Source: a candidate division FCPU426 bacterium (GTDB lineage Bacteria > Oederibacteriota > Muellerivitia > Muellerivitales > Muellerivitaceae). From it: 64,000 nt of DNA. The translations under genes were made by a program, and so were the position numbers. The notes beneath the pieces were generated by a model that worked only from the letters and a program-made list of their open reading frames with translations, made no database searches and was not told the origin of the DNA. Of the stretch, positions 37,008 through 46,683 are shown one piece after another (the stretch's first letter is position 1; each line of letters opens with the position of its first letter). Where the stretch lies: contig CAWCKJ010000002.1 of the NCBI GenBank assembly GCA_963796105.1, forward strand, positions 256,001-320,000. The letters are read 5' to 3'.

Positions 37008-39344
37008 ATGGAAACATCACAGAAAAAACCCATGAATAAATTCCTGAAGTTCGTCCTTGTTTGCGTATGCATTGTGGCAGGGTTGTTTATCGTCCTATTG
37101 GGCATAGCTGCCGTCATCATTCCCGTCAAGTATCCGCCCGCGAAAATGAAGGCCATAGCCACCCAGTGGTTCGCGGACAACCTTCACCACCAGCTCTCCA
37201 TCGGGGACATTCATTTCAATATTTTCAGCGGTTTTGAAATCAAGGATTTGAAGGTCTCCAACCGCGCCGGTTGGAACCCCAGCCCCCTGGTTTCGGCCAA
37301 GGACATCTCCATTTCCTACCATCTTTTTCCCCTGCTCTGGGGACAGGTTTCATTGGGGGAGGTGCGGCTGAACCAGCCTGATATCCTGGTGGAAAGAAGG
37401 GGTTTGAACAGTTTTAATTTCAACGACATGATGGGAGCCGCTTCAGAAGCCTCTCCCGCGCCTGTCGTGGCGCCTTCGAGTAAAAGCGATAAACCGGTTA
37501 AGGACAAGATTAAAGGATCAAATAAACTTAAATCTCACGCGACCCTTCCGGATTCCGAGAGGAATCAAGCATCGGAATTTTACTTCGCCCCCTCGGCTTG
37601 GGCCGATACAAACACATCCTCTGGAAAGAGTTCATCATCTCTCAACTATACGGTGGGTAGCGTCAATATCATTCACGGAAAGATGCTATACCTTGATGAA
37701 ACCACTGGGGCTTCCCAGAGTTACAACCTTAAGGACTTGAATTTAAATGTGAAGAATATTTCAACTATCGGCGGGAAGACCAGCTTAACCTTGAGTACGC
37801 CATTGGATTACAACAATATGGTTTACCAGCTTTCAATGAAGGCATCCTTTCGCTATTACCTTGCCAGCCAATCTTTGAAGGAATTGAAACTGGACGGACA
37901 GGTGAATGATTTAGGTTTTGGACTGAGCGGTTCTGCCGAGGATATGACAGTCAACATCACGCCTGATATGGATGGAAACGCCAGCCTGGATATGCTCAAG
38001 TTTTCCGGATTGGTCCCGAAAAACCTCTCCTCGATGCCACAAGGACTTTCCCTGACCGGACCGGCGAAAGTTAAGTTTCATCTGGGTGGGAACAAGAAAA
38101 AAGGCTTGGAATTGTCAGGAACAGCGGACGGGTCGGAACTGGCCATCCAATATAAAGATCTCTTTATCAAGAAAAGCAATACTACTTGCAAGATCGATTT
38201 TAAAAGCGTGATGGGAGATAACTTTTATGAGCTTCCTTCCTTTACCGTGACCTACCAGGATTGGAGCCTTGACGGATCTTTCCGCTATGAGAACGGCTCA
38301 TCCTATACTTGCAAGCTTAATTCTAAGGCGCTTCCGCTGAAAGGCCTTTCGGATATGGTACCGCGGTTGAAAAAGGCCACATTTGATGGGGAGACATCCT
38401 TGAACGTCACCCTTTCTCAGAACCTCAATAAAGATAAATCCTTCCGCGCGAATGGCCAAGTAAACATTAAGGACGTTGGAATTACCTTGCCTGATGAGCC
38501 ATACTTGGAAAAATTAAACGCCGTCATCAACTTTGACAATACCGTGGTGAAGATACCCTCGGCCACCTTCCAATCTTTTGACGGTTCCGGCGCCATTGGC
38601 GTGACGGTCAACCTGGCATCGTCCGCCTATCTCTACTCCCTCAGCTTGAAGGGGGTGAACGCACAAAAAGCGGTCAACACCTGCGTGGACGTTTACGTGA
38701 CCTCAAATCCCCAAGCGGATAAGGATAAACTCTTTGGGACAATGAATTTTGCTTATAAGGGAAGCGGGAAAGGATTTTCAGCTGCCGAGGCCACTGCCAG
38801 CCAACTGGGTTCAGGTAATTTTTCCATAGAAAATGCCAAGATCAAGGGGGTCTCCGCGATCACGGCCATCAATAAATATTTCAAGGATAGCAGCGACGAA
38901 ATGGCTTTCGACCAAATTATCGGCACTTTAGGAATGAAGAGTAAGGTGTTCTCTAATACCGTTAATACCACAGGTAAAGTGGGAACCATCCGGGAAACCG
39001 GCGGAGTCAATGTCGCGACCATGTCTTACTCCCCCGACATGAGAATTCAGTGTGATGTCAAAAAGGAATTCTTGAACTCAGACGCTATTCTCTCGGCTCT
39101 TCCCGGAGAGGTTAAAGGGCTCGTAAAGAACCTGGATTGGTTCGTTGATGATAAAGGGAATATTCCGGTCGACATTAAGATGACTGGTTTGGTATCGGCG
39201 AAAAATTGGACGTATGATTGGACCCGGCTTATAAATAATGTCAAAAAACACCTTAGTAATGCTGCCACCAAAGCCGTTCAGAACGCCGCGCAACAAGGGG
39301 TTCAAAACCTTGGTAACAAACTAAAGGGTCTTTTTGGGCATTGA
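37008..39344 (+). CDS. AsmA-family protein
   Basis: N-terminal TM anchor, chorein-N-like start (L.IGDI.F..FSG.EI..L.V, PLL.G.V..GEV.L..P.I..ER), long beta-rich body. Confidence 0.85.
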   Translation: METSQKKPMNKFLKFVLVCVCIVAGLFIVLLGIAAVIIPVKYPPAKMKAIATQWFADNLHHQLSIGDIHFNIFSGFEIKDLKVSNRAGWNPSPLVSAKDISISYHLFPLLWGQVSLGEVRLNQPDILVERRGLNSFNFNDMMGAASEASPAPVVAPSSKSDKPVKDKIKGSNKLKSHATLPDSERNQASEFYFAPSAWADTNTSSGKSSSSLNYTVGSVNIIHGKMLYLDETTGASQSYNLKDLNLNVKNISTIGGKTSLTLSTPLDYNNMVYQLSMKASFRYYLASQSLKELKLDGQVNDLGFGLSGSAEDMTVNITPDMDGNASLDMLKFSGLVPKNLSSMPQGLSLTGPAKVKFHLGGNKKKGLELSGTADGSELAIQYKDLFIKKSNTTCKIDFKSVMGDNFYELPSFTVTYQDWSLDGSFRYENGSSYTCKLNSKALPLKGLSDMVPRLKKATFDGETSLNVTLSQNLNKDKSFRANGQVNIKDVGITLPDEPYLEKLNAVINFDNTVVKIPSATFQSFDGSGAIGVTVNLASSAYLYSLSLKGVNAQKAVNTCVDVYVTSNPQADKDKLFGTMNFAYKGSGKGFSAAEATASQLGSGNFSIENAKIKGVSAITAINKYFKDSSDEMAFDQIIGTLGMKSKVFSNTVNTTGKVGTIRETGGVNVATMSYSPDMRIQCDVKKEFLNSDAILSALPGEVKGLVKNLDWFVDDKGNIPVDIKMTGLVSAKNWTYDWTRLINNVKKHLSNAATKAVQNAAQQGVQNLGNKLKGLFGH

Positions 39345-39366
39345 TTCATTTTCTAGTTGTTAACTT

Positions 39367-39398
39367 AAGAGCGGGGTTTCACACCCCGCTCTTTTTTT
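39367..39398 (+). terminator. Intrinsic terminator
   Basis: AAGAGCGGGGT...ACCCCGCTCTTTTTTT. Confidence 0.85.
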
Positions 39399-39413
39399 AT
39401 TGAAAGGGATCTA

Positions 39414-40673
39414 ATGGATTTGTTTTTTTCCTACATTTATAAGTTTCTGGCTAGGTTCTTGGGGGTGAGGAGGCACCTGCCCTCCAGTACCAAGACTCTA
39501 ATCTGGATGATCGGACTTTACGATTTCACCTTTGCCTTGTCGTCTGTTTTCATCAATGTCTTTCTTTTTCGGCGACATGACGACTGGAACGTGGTTCTTC
39601 CATTCAATTTGATCCAATTTATCTTTGTGCCACTGGGTTTTTGGGTAGGAGGATTCCTTTCTCCGATGTTTGGACACCGGATTTCCTACCAATTGGGGTT
39701 CGTGTTTCAAAGCTTGTTGTTTCTATCGGTCCTGCTCCTGAGGGAATCGGCCCCTGCCTACGGGAATGAGCTTGGGATTCTGAGCGGTTTGGCTATAGGC
39801 TTTTATTACCTTGGACAGCACGCCTTAACACTGGACTTGACGGATTCCAAAGACAGGGACTATTTCTTTTCCCTTTATCTTCTTCTAAGCTCCATATTAA
39901 AGATTCCCGCTCCGACCCTGGCGGGTTGGGTGATAGCGTCTTTTAGCGCCAGCAAGGGAGAATCCGCAGGAACCTTGACAGGTTATTATCTAATATTCGG
40001 GTTCACCCTGCTTATTTACCTGGGTTTGATCCTTCAGAGCTTTCGTCTTCATGTGCCCCACAAGGCGGCTGATTTTAACGTCCGGAAAATTGTTCAATTA
40101 CGTTGGAAGAATGATTGGAAAGGGCTTTTGACGGCCTGGTTTTTTTCCGGAATCAGGGGAGGAGTTTTCTGGTTTGTCACCAGCTTGTTCGTCTATAAGG
40201 CCTGGCATAACGAACTTGCGGTTGGGAATTACAATACATTGGCCACTTTTCTTGCTGTTGTGACTGCCTACGCTTTGTCACGCTGGGAGGTTTACCAAAA
40301 CCGCCGCGGGGGCATGGCTTTATCCTCGCTCCTGATCGTCTTATCCACACTGGTCTTGGCTTTCAGCCTGGGACCCATGGCCCTTCTATTATTCGTGATT
40401 CTTTACGCGATTGGCATGACTTGGTTCCAAGTAGGCTTCAGCGCTATTTCTTTTGATGTAATTGAGAAAGCTAAAGATTCCCGCAAACGGAAACTGGAAT
40501 ATTTGACCCTCCGTGAGATACCATTGGCTATCGGGCGGGTTTTAGGATTATCCCTTTTTTGGTTCGGACAATCTCGGTTCGGCGACATGGGCCTTCGGGT
40601 CGCTTTGGTGGCACTGGGATTGACGCAATGGGGAACGTACGCTTTTTCCTTTCCCAAAACAGGTAAAAAATAA
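39414..40673 (+). CDS. MFS transporter (YqgE-like)
   Basis: About twelve hydrophobic helices; LS.VF.NVFL, LTD..DRD.F, EY..LRE..L..GR. Confidence 0.85.
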   Translation: MDLFFSYIYKFLARFLGVRRHLPSSTKTLIWMIGLYDFTFALSSVFINVFLFRRHDDWNVVLPFNLIQFIFVPLGFWVGGFLSPMFGHRISYQLGFVFQSLLFLSVLLLRESAPAYGNELGILSGLAIGFYYLGQHALTLDLTDSKDRDYFFSLYLLLSSILKIPAPTLAGWVIASFSASKGESAGTLTGYYLIFGFTLLIYLGLILQSFRLHVPHKAADFNVRKIVQLRWKNDWKGLLTAWFFSGIRGGVFWFVTSLFVYKAWHNELAVGNYNTLATFLAVVTAYALSRWEVYQNRRGGMALSSLLIVLSTLVLAFSLGPMALLLFVILYAIGMTWFQVGFSAISFDVIEKAKDSRKRKLEYLTLREIPLAIGRVLGLSLFWFGQSRFGDMGLRVALVALGLTQWGTYAFSFPKTGKK

Positions 40674-40696
40674 CCTTAGTATTGAACGGAGCGGTA

Positions 40697-41365
40697 ATGA
40701 TATACGTCATCGGGGACATCCACGGTTGTTTGGCGGCTTTGAAGGAATTGCTGGGCCAATTGCCGTTGAAACCGGAGGATGAACTGGTTTTTCTGGGGGA
40801 CTATATCGACCGGGGACCGGACAGCAAGGGAGTGGTTGACTATCTCCTGATGAACCAAAAATCCAATTGGCGGTTCCTCAAGGGCAACCATGAACAGATG
40901 CTATTGGAATGGCTTGGTTCCCCCAGTAATATGACTTCCGCCAACTGGCTCTTGAACGGGGGATTTCAGACCCTCCAGTCCTATGTGCCAGCCCAAAAAA
41001 TGGATGAACTCCGGGGGGAAGGCGCTCACATGATCCTTCAATCCCATATTCCGACTTCCCACGCTGAGTTTTTCAATTCGCTTCCTCTCACTTATGAGAC
41101 TCCTGAATATTTCTTTTGCCACGCCGGAGTCAACCTTGACAGGCCCTTGGGGGCGCAGGAACGTGATGATTTGCTTTGGATACGGCGAAAATTCATTGAG
41201 GACCCCAGGCCAACGCCCAAGCTGGTTGTCCATGGACATTCACCTATTGAGAAAGTGGACTTAAATCGCGATCGGATTAATATCGATACTGGTTGTGTTT
41301 ACGGTGGAGTTTTGACTGCTTTGGCTTTTCCTGATAAAAAATTATACCAAGCCAAGCAGAAATAA
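40697..41365 (+). CDS. Metallophosphoesterase (PphA/ApaH-like Ser/Thr phosphatase)
   Basis: GDIHG, GDYIDRG, GNHE, HAG, HGH.P, IDTG. Confidence 0.95.
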   Translation: MIYVIGDIHGCLAALKELLGQLPLKPEDELVFLGDYIDRGPDSKGVVDYLLMNQKSNWRFLKGNHEQMLLEWLGSPSNMTSANWLLNGGFQTLQSYVPAQKMDELRGEGAHMILQSHIPTSHAEFFNSLPLTYETPEYFFCHAGVNLDRPLGAQERDDLLWIRRKFIEDPRPTPKLVVHGHSPIEKVDLNRDRINIDTGCVYGGVLTALAFPDKKLYQAKQK

Positions 41366-41618
41366 TTTATTCACAAAATTATTTTCAAGTTTATTAAACA
41401 ATTGATTAAGCTTTTTTTGCGCAGTAAAAACACATTTTTTTAATAATTATGGTATCTTTGGTATGTCCGGACTAAAGGTGCCCCTTTCCTCCACATCTTC
41501 AAAACCATTAATAAGAAATGATTAAGGTTTTTGAATTATGCCAAACTTAAATTGGATTGGCTTTTTGTTATGGTTTTAAGCTGCAAGACGATCCGCTAGA
41601 AACGGGAAAGGATATCTG

Positions 41619-42590
41619 ATGAGCTTAAAAAACTCTGTTCGCAACGCTGGTTTTATTGGGCTCATTCTTTTTGCATCCAATCATTTATCCTGTAGTAAAT
41701 CAAACCCTACATCCCCAGCCGGGCCTACCCCCACTCCAACTTTTCCGGCCTATTCAGCGAGCGCCACCTTTGGAAATGGAACATCCCCCAATATGGATGG
41801 CCCGGCGGGGATTGGAATTTCGGGAAGCGGCGTTTGGGTGATGAACTATAACACTTCAGTATTTCAGGAGTGGACGACAACGGGTTCATTCTCCACATCC
41901 ATCACAGGGTACGGTTCCGGACCTACAAATTTTAATCACCCTTGGGGTGTAGCCGTAGGACCGGATGGATATATTTATGCTGCGGACCAATCGAACAAAA
42001 ACGCGGTTGAATTCACACCTGCGGGTCAATATGCAACAATATTTGGCAGTAACGAGTTGGGCTCGGATTTGGTGTTAAATGTAGCCGTTAACTCCCCTCA
42101 CGCTTATTTATTAGATTACATGTCTGGTTTGGTTATCGGGTACAACATTTCGGGATCAGGCGTCTCGAAAACTTTCACAAGCCCCATCACATTTGGCAAT
42201 TCCGGAACTGTAACCTTATGCTCCTATAGTTTAAACCTAAATCAAGAAGGACCCTATGGTATTTGCCTGGACAAATCCGGAAATGTTTATGTCGCCGATA
42301 CGGGGAATGCACGTGTACTGAAATTTGGCCCTACAGGCAATTACCAATCAGCGGTAACCAATGGGTTGAATTCTCCGGCTGCAGTAGTGGTTGACTCCAA
42401 TGGAAACCTTTTTGTATCCGATCTTGGTGATGGTTACATCCATCCTTATACTTCGGCAGGAATTGCAAAAATTCCATTTGGGGGTTCTGAATTGGGAGGA
42501 AATTGTTATGGACTTGCGTTGGACAGCAAAGGAAGCCTTTATGCGACTTCCTTTGATAATAATGAAGTCGTTGTCTTCAAAAGCAACTAA
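41619..42590 (+). CDS. NHL-repeat lipoprotein
   Basis: Lipobox-like HLSC, PTPTP linker, repeats P.GVAV..DG.IY.AD..N. Confidence 0.85.
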   Translation: MSLKNSVRNAGFIGLILFASNHLSCSKSNPTSPAGPTPTPTFPAYSASATFGNGTSPNMDGPAGIGISGSGVWVMNYNTSVFQEWTTTGSFSTSITGYGSGPTNFNHPWGVAVGPDGYIYAADQSNKNAVEFTPAGQYATIFGSNELGSDLVLNVAVNSPHAYLLDYMSGLVIGYNISGSGVSKTFTSPITFGNSGTVTLCSYSLNLNQEGPYGICLDKSGNVYVADTGNARVLKFGPTGNYQSAVTNGLNSPAAVVVDSNGNLFVSDLGDGYIHPYTSAGIAKIPFGGSELGGNCYGLALDSKGSLYATSFDNNEVVVFKSN

Positions 42591-42609
42591 ATCTGATGAA
42601 CAGGCTTTG

Positions 42610-43290
42610 TTAGGATTGAAGTTTCTTGGAATTTTCTGACAACCTGTAATCTTTTTCATACTGTGAGTTTGCTTGTCGAAGGGCCATTTCGGCATGAATT
42701 CCCTTTTGTTGGGCCACGCGGACGAATTCAAACAGGAATTTCCCGGCGGCTTTTTCCTGCTCCCTTATATTTCCTCTTAAGATTCTGTTGAAATACTTCC
42801 ATACTTTGCCTTGTTTTCTTGTCGGATTGGCTGATCTGGGTTTTGTGGTTTTGTCCAACATCCGCTGGGTCCGCAGAAGCGCCGGAAGAGACTTGGGAAG
42901 ACCGTCCAACACTGATTTTCGTTTGGGCTTTTCCACTCGCTTGATTTCCTCCCACTTGCGGTTTATCTGGTCTATACGGCGGCTTGATTTGCCGAAAACG
43001 TGGGGATGGCGTCGTACCAGCTTATCTCCGATGGCTTTTGCAACGTCCTGAAGGCTGAAATTACCATTTTCTTTAGCGATTTGGGCGTGAAAGACCACTT
43101 GCAAGAATAGGTCGCCCAATTCCTCGCGAAGATGGTCTGAATCGCCGGTTTCAATAGCTTCAAGCGTTTCGTAGGCTTCTTCCAGGAGATAGGGCCTAAG
43201 GCTTTTATGATTTTGTCTTTTGTCCCAAGGACAGCCTTTTTTAGACCGTAATCTGGACATGATTATTTCTAGGCGTTTTGTAAAATCCAT
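42610..43290 (-). CDS. mazG: MazG nucleoside triphosphate pyrophosphohydrolase
   Basis: LR...GCPWD..Q...SL..YLLEEAYE, EELGD...QVVFH, KLVRRHPHVFG; second domain degenerate. Confidence 0.93.
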   Translation of the reverse strand: MDFTKRLEIIMSRLRSKKGCPWDKRQNHKSLRPYLLEEAYETLEAIETGDSDHLREELGDLFLQVVFHAQIAKENGNFSLQDVAKAIGDKLVRRHPHVFGKSSRRIDQINRKWEEIKRVEKPKRKSVLDGLPKSLPALLRTQRMLDKTTKPRSANPTRKQGKVWKYFNRILRGNIREQEKAAGKFLFEFVRVAQQKGIHAEMALRQANSQYEKDYRLSENSKKLQS

Positions 43291-43356
43291 GTTGTCTCCA
43301 GTGGTTTTGGAATTTAACATGGGTGGCATCCATTTCCAACCCAATTCAAGAGGGAT

Positions 43357-45123
43357 TTGATGATTTTAAACGATTGGAAAAATATCCTCCTCAAATCGCC
43401 TGGCGCGAAACAGGCTAAGGCACATTTGATTCGGCAGGGCCATAGTGAATCGGAGGCCAATCTGGGTGGTTTGGCAGTGGGCGTCCTATTCTTTCTTCTC
43501 CTTATTATCCTCTTCAATAGCTTTCTTTTTGGAATCATGATCGCTTTTTCCAAAGATCTTTGGAACTACTGCCGAGAAAACACGGTTGAGGCAACGGGTA
43601 TAGGGATCTTCGGTACCGTCATTTTTTTGGCCATTCTTTTCAGAAGCCTGGAAACAAGATCTGTCAAATTGAAGGAACAGGATTTGGAAAGCCGGCGCAA
43701 ACGCCATCAATTAGACGAAAAAAGACAATATATTCGAAAAGGCGCTATGGGTAATTTCGAGGAGGTTTTTTGTTTTTTCCTATCGGAAAAATATCCTGAT
43801 ATCGAGATCAAGTCGATCCATACCATTGATTTGACGCCCCGTATCCGTTTCGCCGCGAGGAAGTTTATCCCGGAAAAAGATACTGACGTGAATAAGAATT
43901 TTCAGCTTTTTCGCGAGGCACTCTTCAAGGACTCCTTGAGTCTTATTGATATGTGTTTTGGAATTTCCGAAAACATTCCCTCGGTCATAGTGGATGCGAT
44001 GATGAGTTTTATTGATCGCAAGGCTAAATATTATGATGGCACGGTTTTAAGTGTGAAGGCCAAAAGAGAGACTTTCAAAGGTTTAGTTCTGGGTAAAACT
44101 TCGCCTTTCAAGGCTCTGACTTCTTTCGATCTTCGTTATAACGACGGCATGGAGGTTCAACCCTTGCCGGAGGATGTCAGCAAGCAAGCGCGGGTCATAG
44201 AAAAGCTGATCGAAAAGGCCCCGAAGATCAACGTTTTTTATGAGACCAAACGCACAGCCATATCCGATGGCTGGGAAAAGCCTAAGGTCCTTTCAGACGT
44301 CCCCGAGAAAGCCATTGATACTCTCCGCGAAAGGCAAATGAGTGAAATGCCTTTAGCTGAGTTTCAAGACCTGGCTGTGGGCCTACTTGGTAAGCTCGGA
44401 TTTGATGTTCGGAAGGTAAAAAAAGTACCAGGCGGAACAATTCAGATCCAGGCGGATTTTCCCCATCCGGTCATTGGTGGAAGTTTCATGGTTCTTGCGC
44501 GGCAATATCCAGAAACGGCTCCGGTGCATGTAGATTTAGTCCGAGAGTTGGACGAGTTGACTAGGGAGGAATCCTGCAAAAGAGGGATCTATATCGTTAC
44601 GGGACAATTTACGGAGGAAGCTGTGAATTCCACCAGGAAATTGGCTGTGGATTTGGTGGATGGCCGGAAGATCGCTGAATTATTGGATGGGCCTCCTTAT
44701 GAAGACCGCTGGACTATCCGGGTGGTGGATGAAAGCGGGAAGGTGATGGATTTAAACCGGATGTCCCTTCTGGATTTTCAGCAGGAAGTGGATCAATTCC
44801 TGAAAAGCATGGGATTTAAGATCTCGAAAATCCGGCGGGACCCCGGCGGGTCCGTTGTCGCGGTGGCTGAGCATCCGCATCCGGTCACTGGCGGTAAATT
44901 TGCCGTTCTGGCTCGGCAATTTCCGGCTGACTCACGAGTTGAAGCAGAGGTGGTCAGCGAATTCGCTATGATCATGAAAACCGAATTTTGCCAGCGCGGT
45001 ATTTTAATGGTGCCGGCTGATTTCGCCCGGGATGCCCAGGCTCTCTCCCGCTTCTCCGGGGTTGAGCTGGTTGACCGGAACACTTGGGAAAATCTTCGCC
45101 GCCATAGGGAAAAGAATATCTGA
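43357..45123 (+). CDS. Membrane-anchored protein with two Mrr-like (restriction endonuclease fold) domains
   Basis: Two TM helices; two repeats of F...V..LL..LGF.V......GG....A..PHPV.GG.F.VLARQ[YF]P....V....V.E......E.C.RGI.....F...A.......LVD. Confidence 0.8.
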   Translation: MMILNDWKNILLKSPGAKQAKAHLIRQGHSESEANLGGLAVGVLFFLLLIILFNSFLFGIMIAFSKDLWNYCRENTVEATGIGIFGTVIFLAILFRSLETRSVKLKEQDLESRRKRHQLDEKRQYIRKGAMGNFEEVFCFFLSEKYPDIEIKSIHTIDLTPRIRFAARKFIPEKDTDVNKNFQLFREALFKDSLSLIDMCFGISENIPSVIVDAMMSFIDRKAKYYDGTVLSVKAKRETFKGLVLGKTSPFKALTSFDLRYNDGMEVQPLPEDVSKQARVIEKLIEKAPKINVFYETKRTAISDGWEKPKVLSDVPEKAIDTLRERQMSEMPLAEFQDLAVGLLGKLGFDVRKVKKVPGGTIQIQADFPHPVIGGSFMVLARQYPETAPVHVDLVRELDELTREESCKRGIYIVTGQFTEEAVNSTRKLAVDLVDGRKIAELLDGPPYEDRWTIRVVDESGKVMDLNRMSLLDFQQEVDQFLKSMGFKISKIRRDPGGSVVAVAEHPHPVTGGKFAVLARQFPADSRVEAEVVSEFAMIMKTEFCQRGILMVPADFARDAQALSRFSGVELVDRNTWENLRRHREKNI

Positions 45124-45187
45124 ACCCCTTGACAGAAGTTGCGAGTCGAAGTAATCATTGTAAACAAATCACCCTAGGAGGTCCAAC

Positions 45188-45607
45188 GTGTCACCCAAAC
45201 GCCGTCATAAAAGTGAATTTATGGATGACGACGAACCCATTGAGGATGAGCTGGAGGAAGAGGATGATGAGGAAGATGAGGACGACGATCTTGATGATGA
45301 GGAAACCATTGATCTAGATAAGGCCAAAAAAGAGGAAGAAGACGATGACCCTGATGAGGATGACGAGGAGGAAGCACTAGGCGATTCTGTTGCTGATATC
45401 GAACGCCGCCGCCTTTTCCAGCATGAGGCGGAAGATTTGATGGAAAACTTAACTTTAGATGATATCCGTGAAGTCCTGAAAGAGAACGGGGTGGATACGG
45501 ATCTCGCCTCCCGTGTAAAAAAACTCCTAGTAGAAATCATCGGCGAGGGTGAAGCTGCGTCCATGGACGAGGTTTGGGAAGAAGCCCTTGAAAGATTGGA
45601 AGATTAA
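45188..45607 (+). CDS. Highly acidic hypothetical protein
   Basis: GTG start after AGGAGG; Asp/Glu tract over about aa 13-62, then a helical C-terminal domain; followed by a terminator. Confidence 0.85.
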   Translation: MSPKRRHKSEFMDDDEPIEDELEEEDDEEDEDDDLDDEETIDLDKAKKEEEDDDPDEDDEEEALGDSVADIERRRLFQHEAEDLMENLTLDDIREVLKENGVDTDLASRVKKLLVEIIGEGEAASMDEVWEEALERLED

Positions 45608-45626
45608 AACGCAATCAGGAAAAACG

Positions 45627-45655
45627 CCGGGCGGGAGCTCCGTCCGGTTTTTTTA
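45627..45655 (+). terminator. Intrinsic terminator
   Basis: CCGGGCGG-GAGCT-CCGTCCGG plus T run. Confidence 0.75.
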
Positions 45656-45718
45656 TAGACTAAATCCATAACCAAGTCTTATCTGGAACTGTTCCTTTAT
45701 GCTAAACTTGTCCGCGAA

Positions 45719-46246
45719 ATGATCAAAGATTACTTTGAAAAACTTAAAGCCGTTTGGACAAAAACGCCGGAATTTTACGAAAGCATCTTAAGCCGGGATA
45801 ATTCCTCTGATGCGGCGCGCTTCGCGGCGTTGACCGGCGTTCTTGTGGCTTTGGAATTGGGTTTGGTGGAAGCCGCTAATAAAGGCTCGATTTCCATGGT
45901 GGCCATGGTTGTTGGAATAATGCTCGTAGTCGCGCCATTTTTGACATTGACCTGGGTTTATCTTTGGTCCGCGTTTATACGGTTATGTGGAATGCTCCTG
46001 GGTGAAAAACTGCCCTTGAAACCTCTCCAATTAGTTGTATCGTACTCCTCGGCAGGGTTAGTGACCCTCGGAATTGGTATATTTTGGGGAAAGTGGCTAG
46101 CTTTGATAGTGGTGTTTTTCCAGATGCTGGGGACTGAAAGGGCCTTAAAATGCTCCAGGAAGACCGCGGCGGTTTACGTGATGCTTCCCGTCTCATTGGT
46201 GATGATCTTGCTTGGTTTATTTACAATCATGTTCAAGGTGTTTTAA
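45719..46246 (+). CDS. Yip1-like membrane protein
   Basis: P..FYE N-terminal motif, five TM helices, VV.YSS. Confidence 0.65.
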   Translation: MIKDYFEKLKAVWTKTPEFYESILSRDNSSDAARFAALTGVLVALELGLVEAANKGSISMVAMVVGIMLVVAPFLTLTWVYLWSAFIRLCGMLLGEKLPLKPLQLVVSYSSAGLVTLGIGIFWGKWLALIVVFFQMLGTERALKCSRKTAAVYVMLPVSLVMILLGLFTIMFKVF

Positions 46247-46624
46247 ATGGCAAAATCCGACACGGTTAAAATAACTAGTTCTATTCATCATGAGGCCAAG
46301 CCTAAAAATTTCTCACGAAAATTCGTTTCGGCTCAAGTTTTTGAGACCGTTCATCCCGAGTTAGGCGCCAACCGAAATCTCGTGACCTCCTTCCGTTGGG
46401 GATGGTACCTGTTATCCCTTATCATTCCATTCGCCGGCATTTTTATAGGACTGTTTCTTTATGACCAAGATTCCAAGGAAGTTCGCAAAGTGGGAAGGAA
46501 TTCCCTTTTGCTTGGTTTCCTGGTTTGGGTGGCATTCCCGCTGTTTCTGTTCATGGCTTTATTTTTCTTGGGGACCATGACAGCCCTTTCTTGGTTATCC
46601 GACGTGATTCCTCCAATGAATTGA
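46247..46624 (+). CDS. Small membrane protein
   Basis: Two TM helices (YLLSLIIPFAGIFIGL...VGRNSL); abuts the previous stop codon. Confidence 0.75.
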   Translation: MAKSDTVKITSSIHHEAKPKNFSRKFVSAQVFETVHPELGANRNLVTSFRWGWYLLSLIIPFAGIFIGLFLYDQDSKEVRKVGRNSLLLGFLVWVAFPLFLFMALFFLGTMTALSWLSDVIPPMN

Positions 46625-46683
46625 CAGTTGTTTGTTCGGGAACTCCGCTGAAAATCCAACCTATTTAATTGAAGGATCATTAA

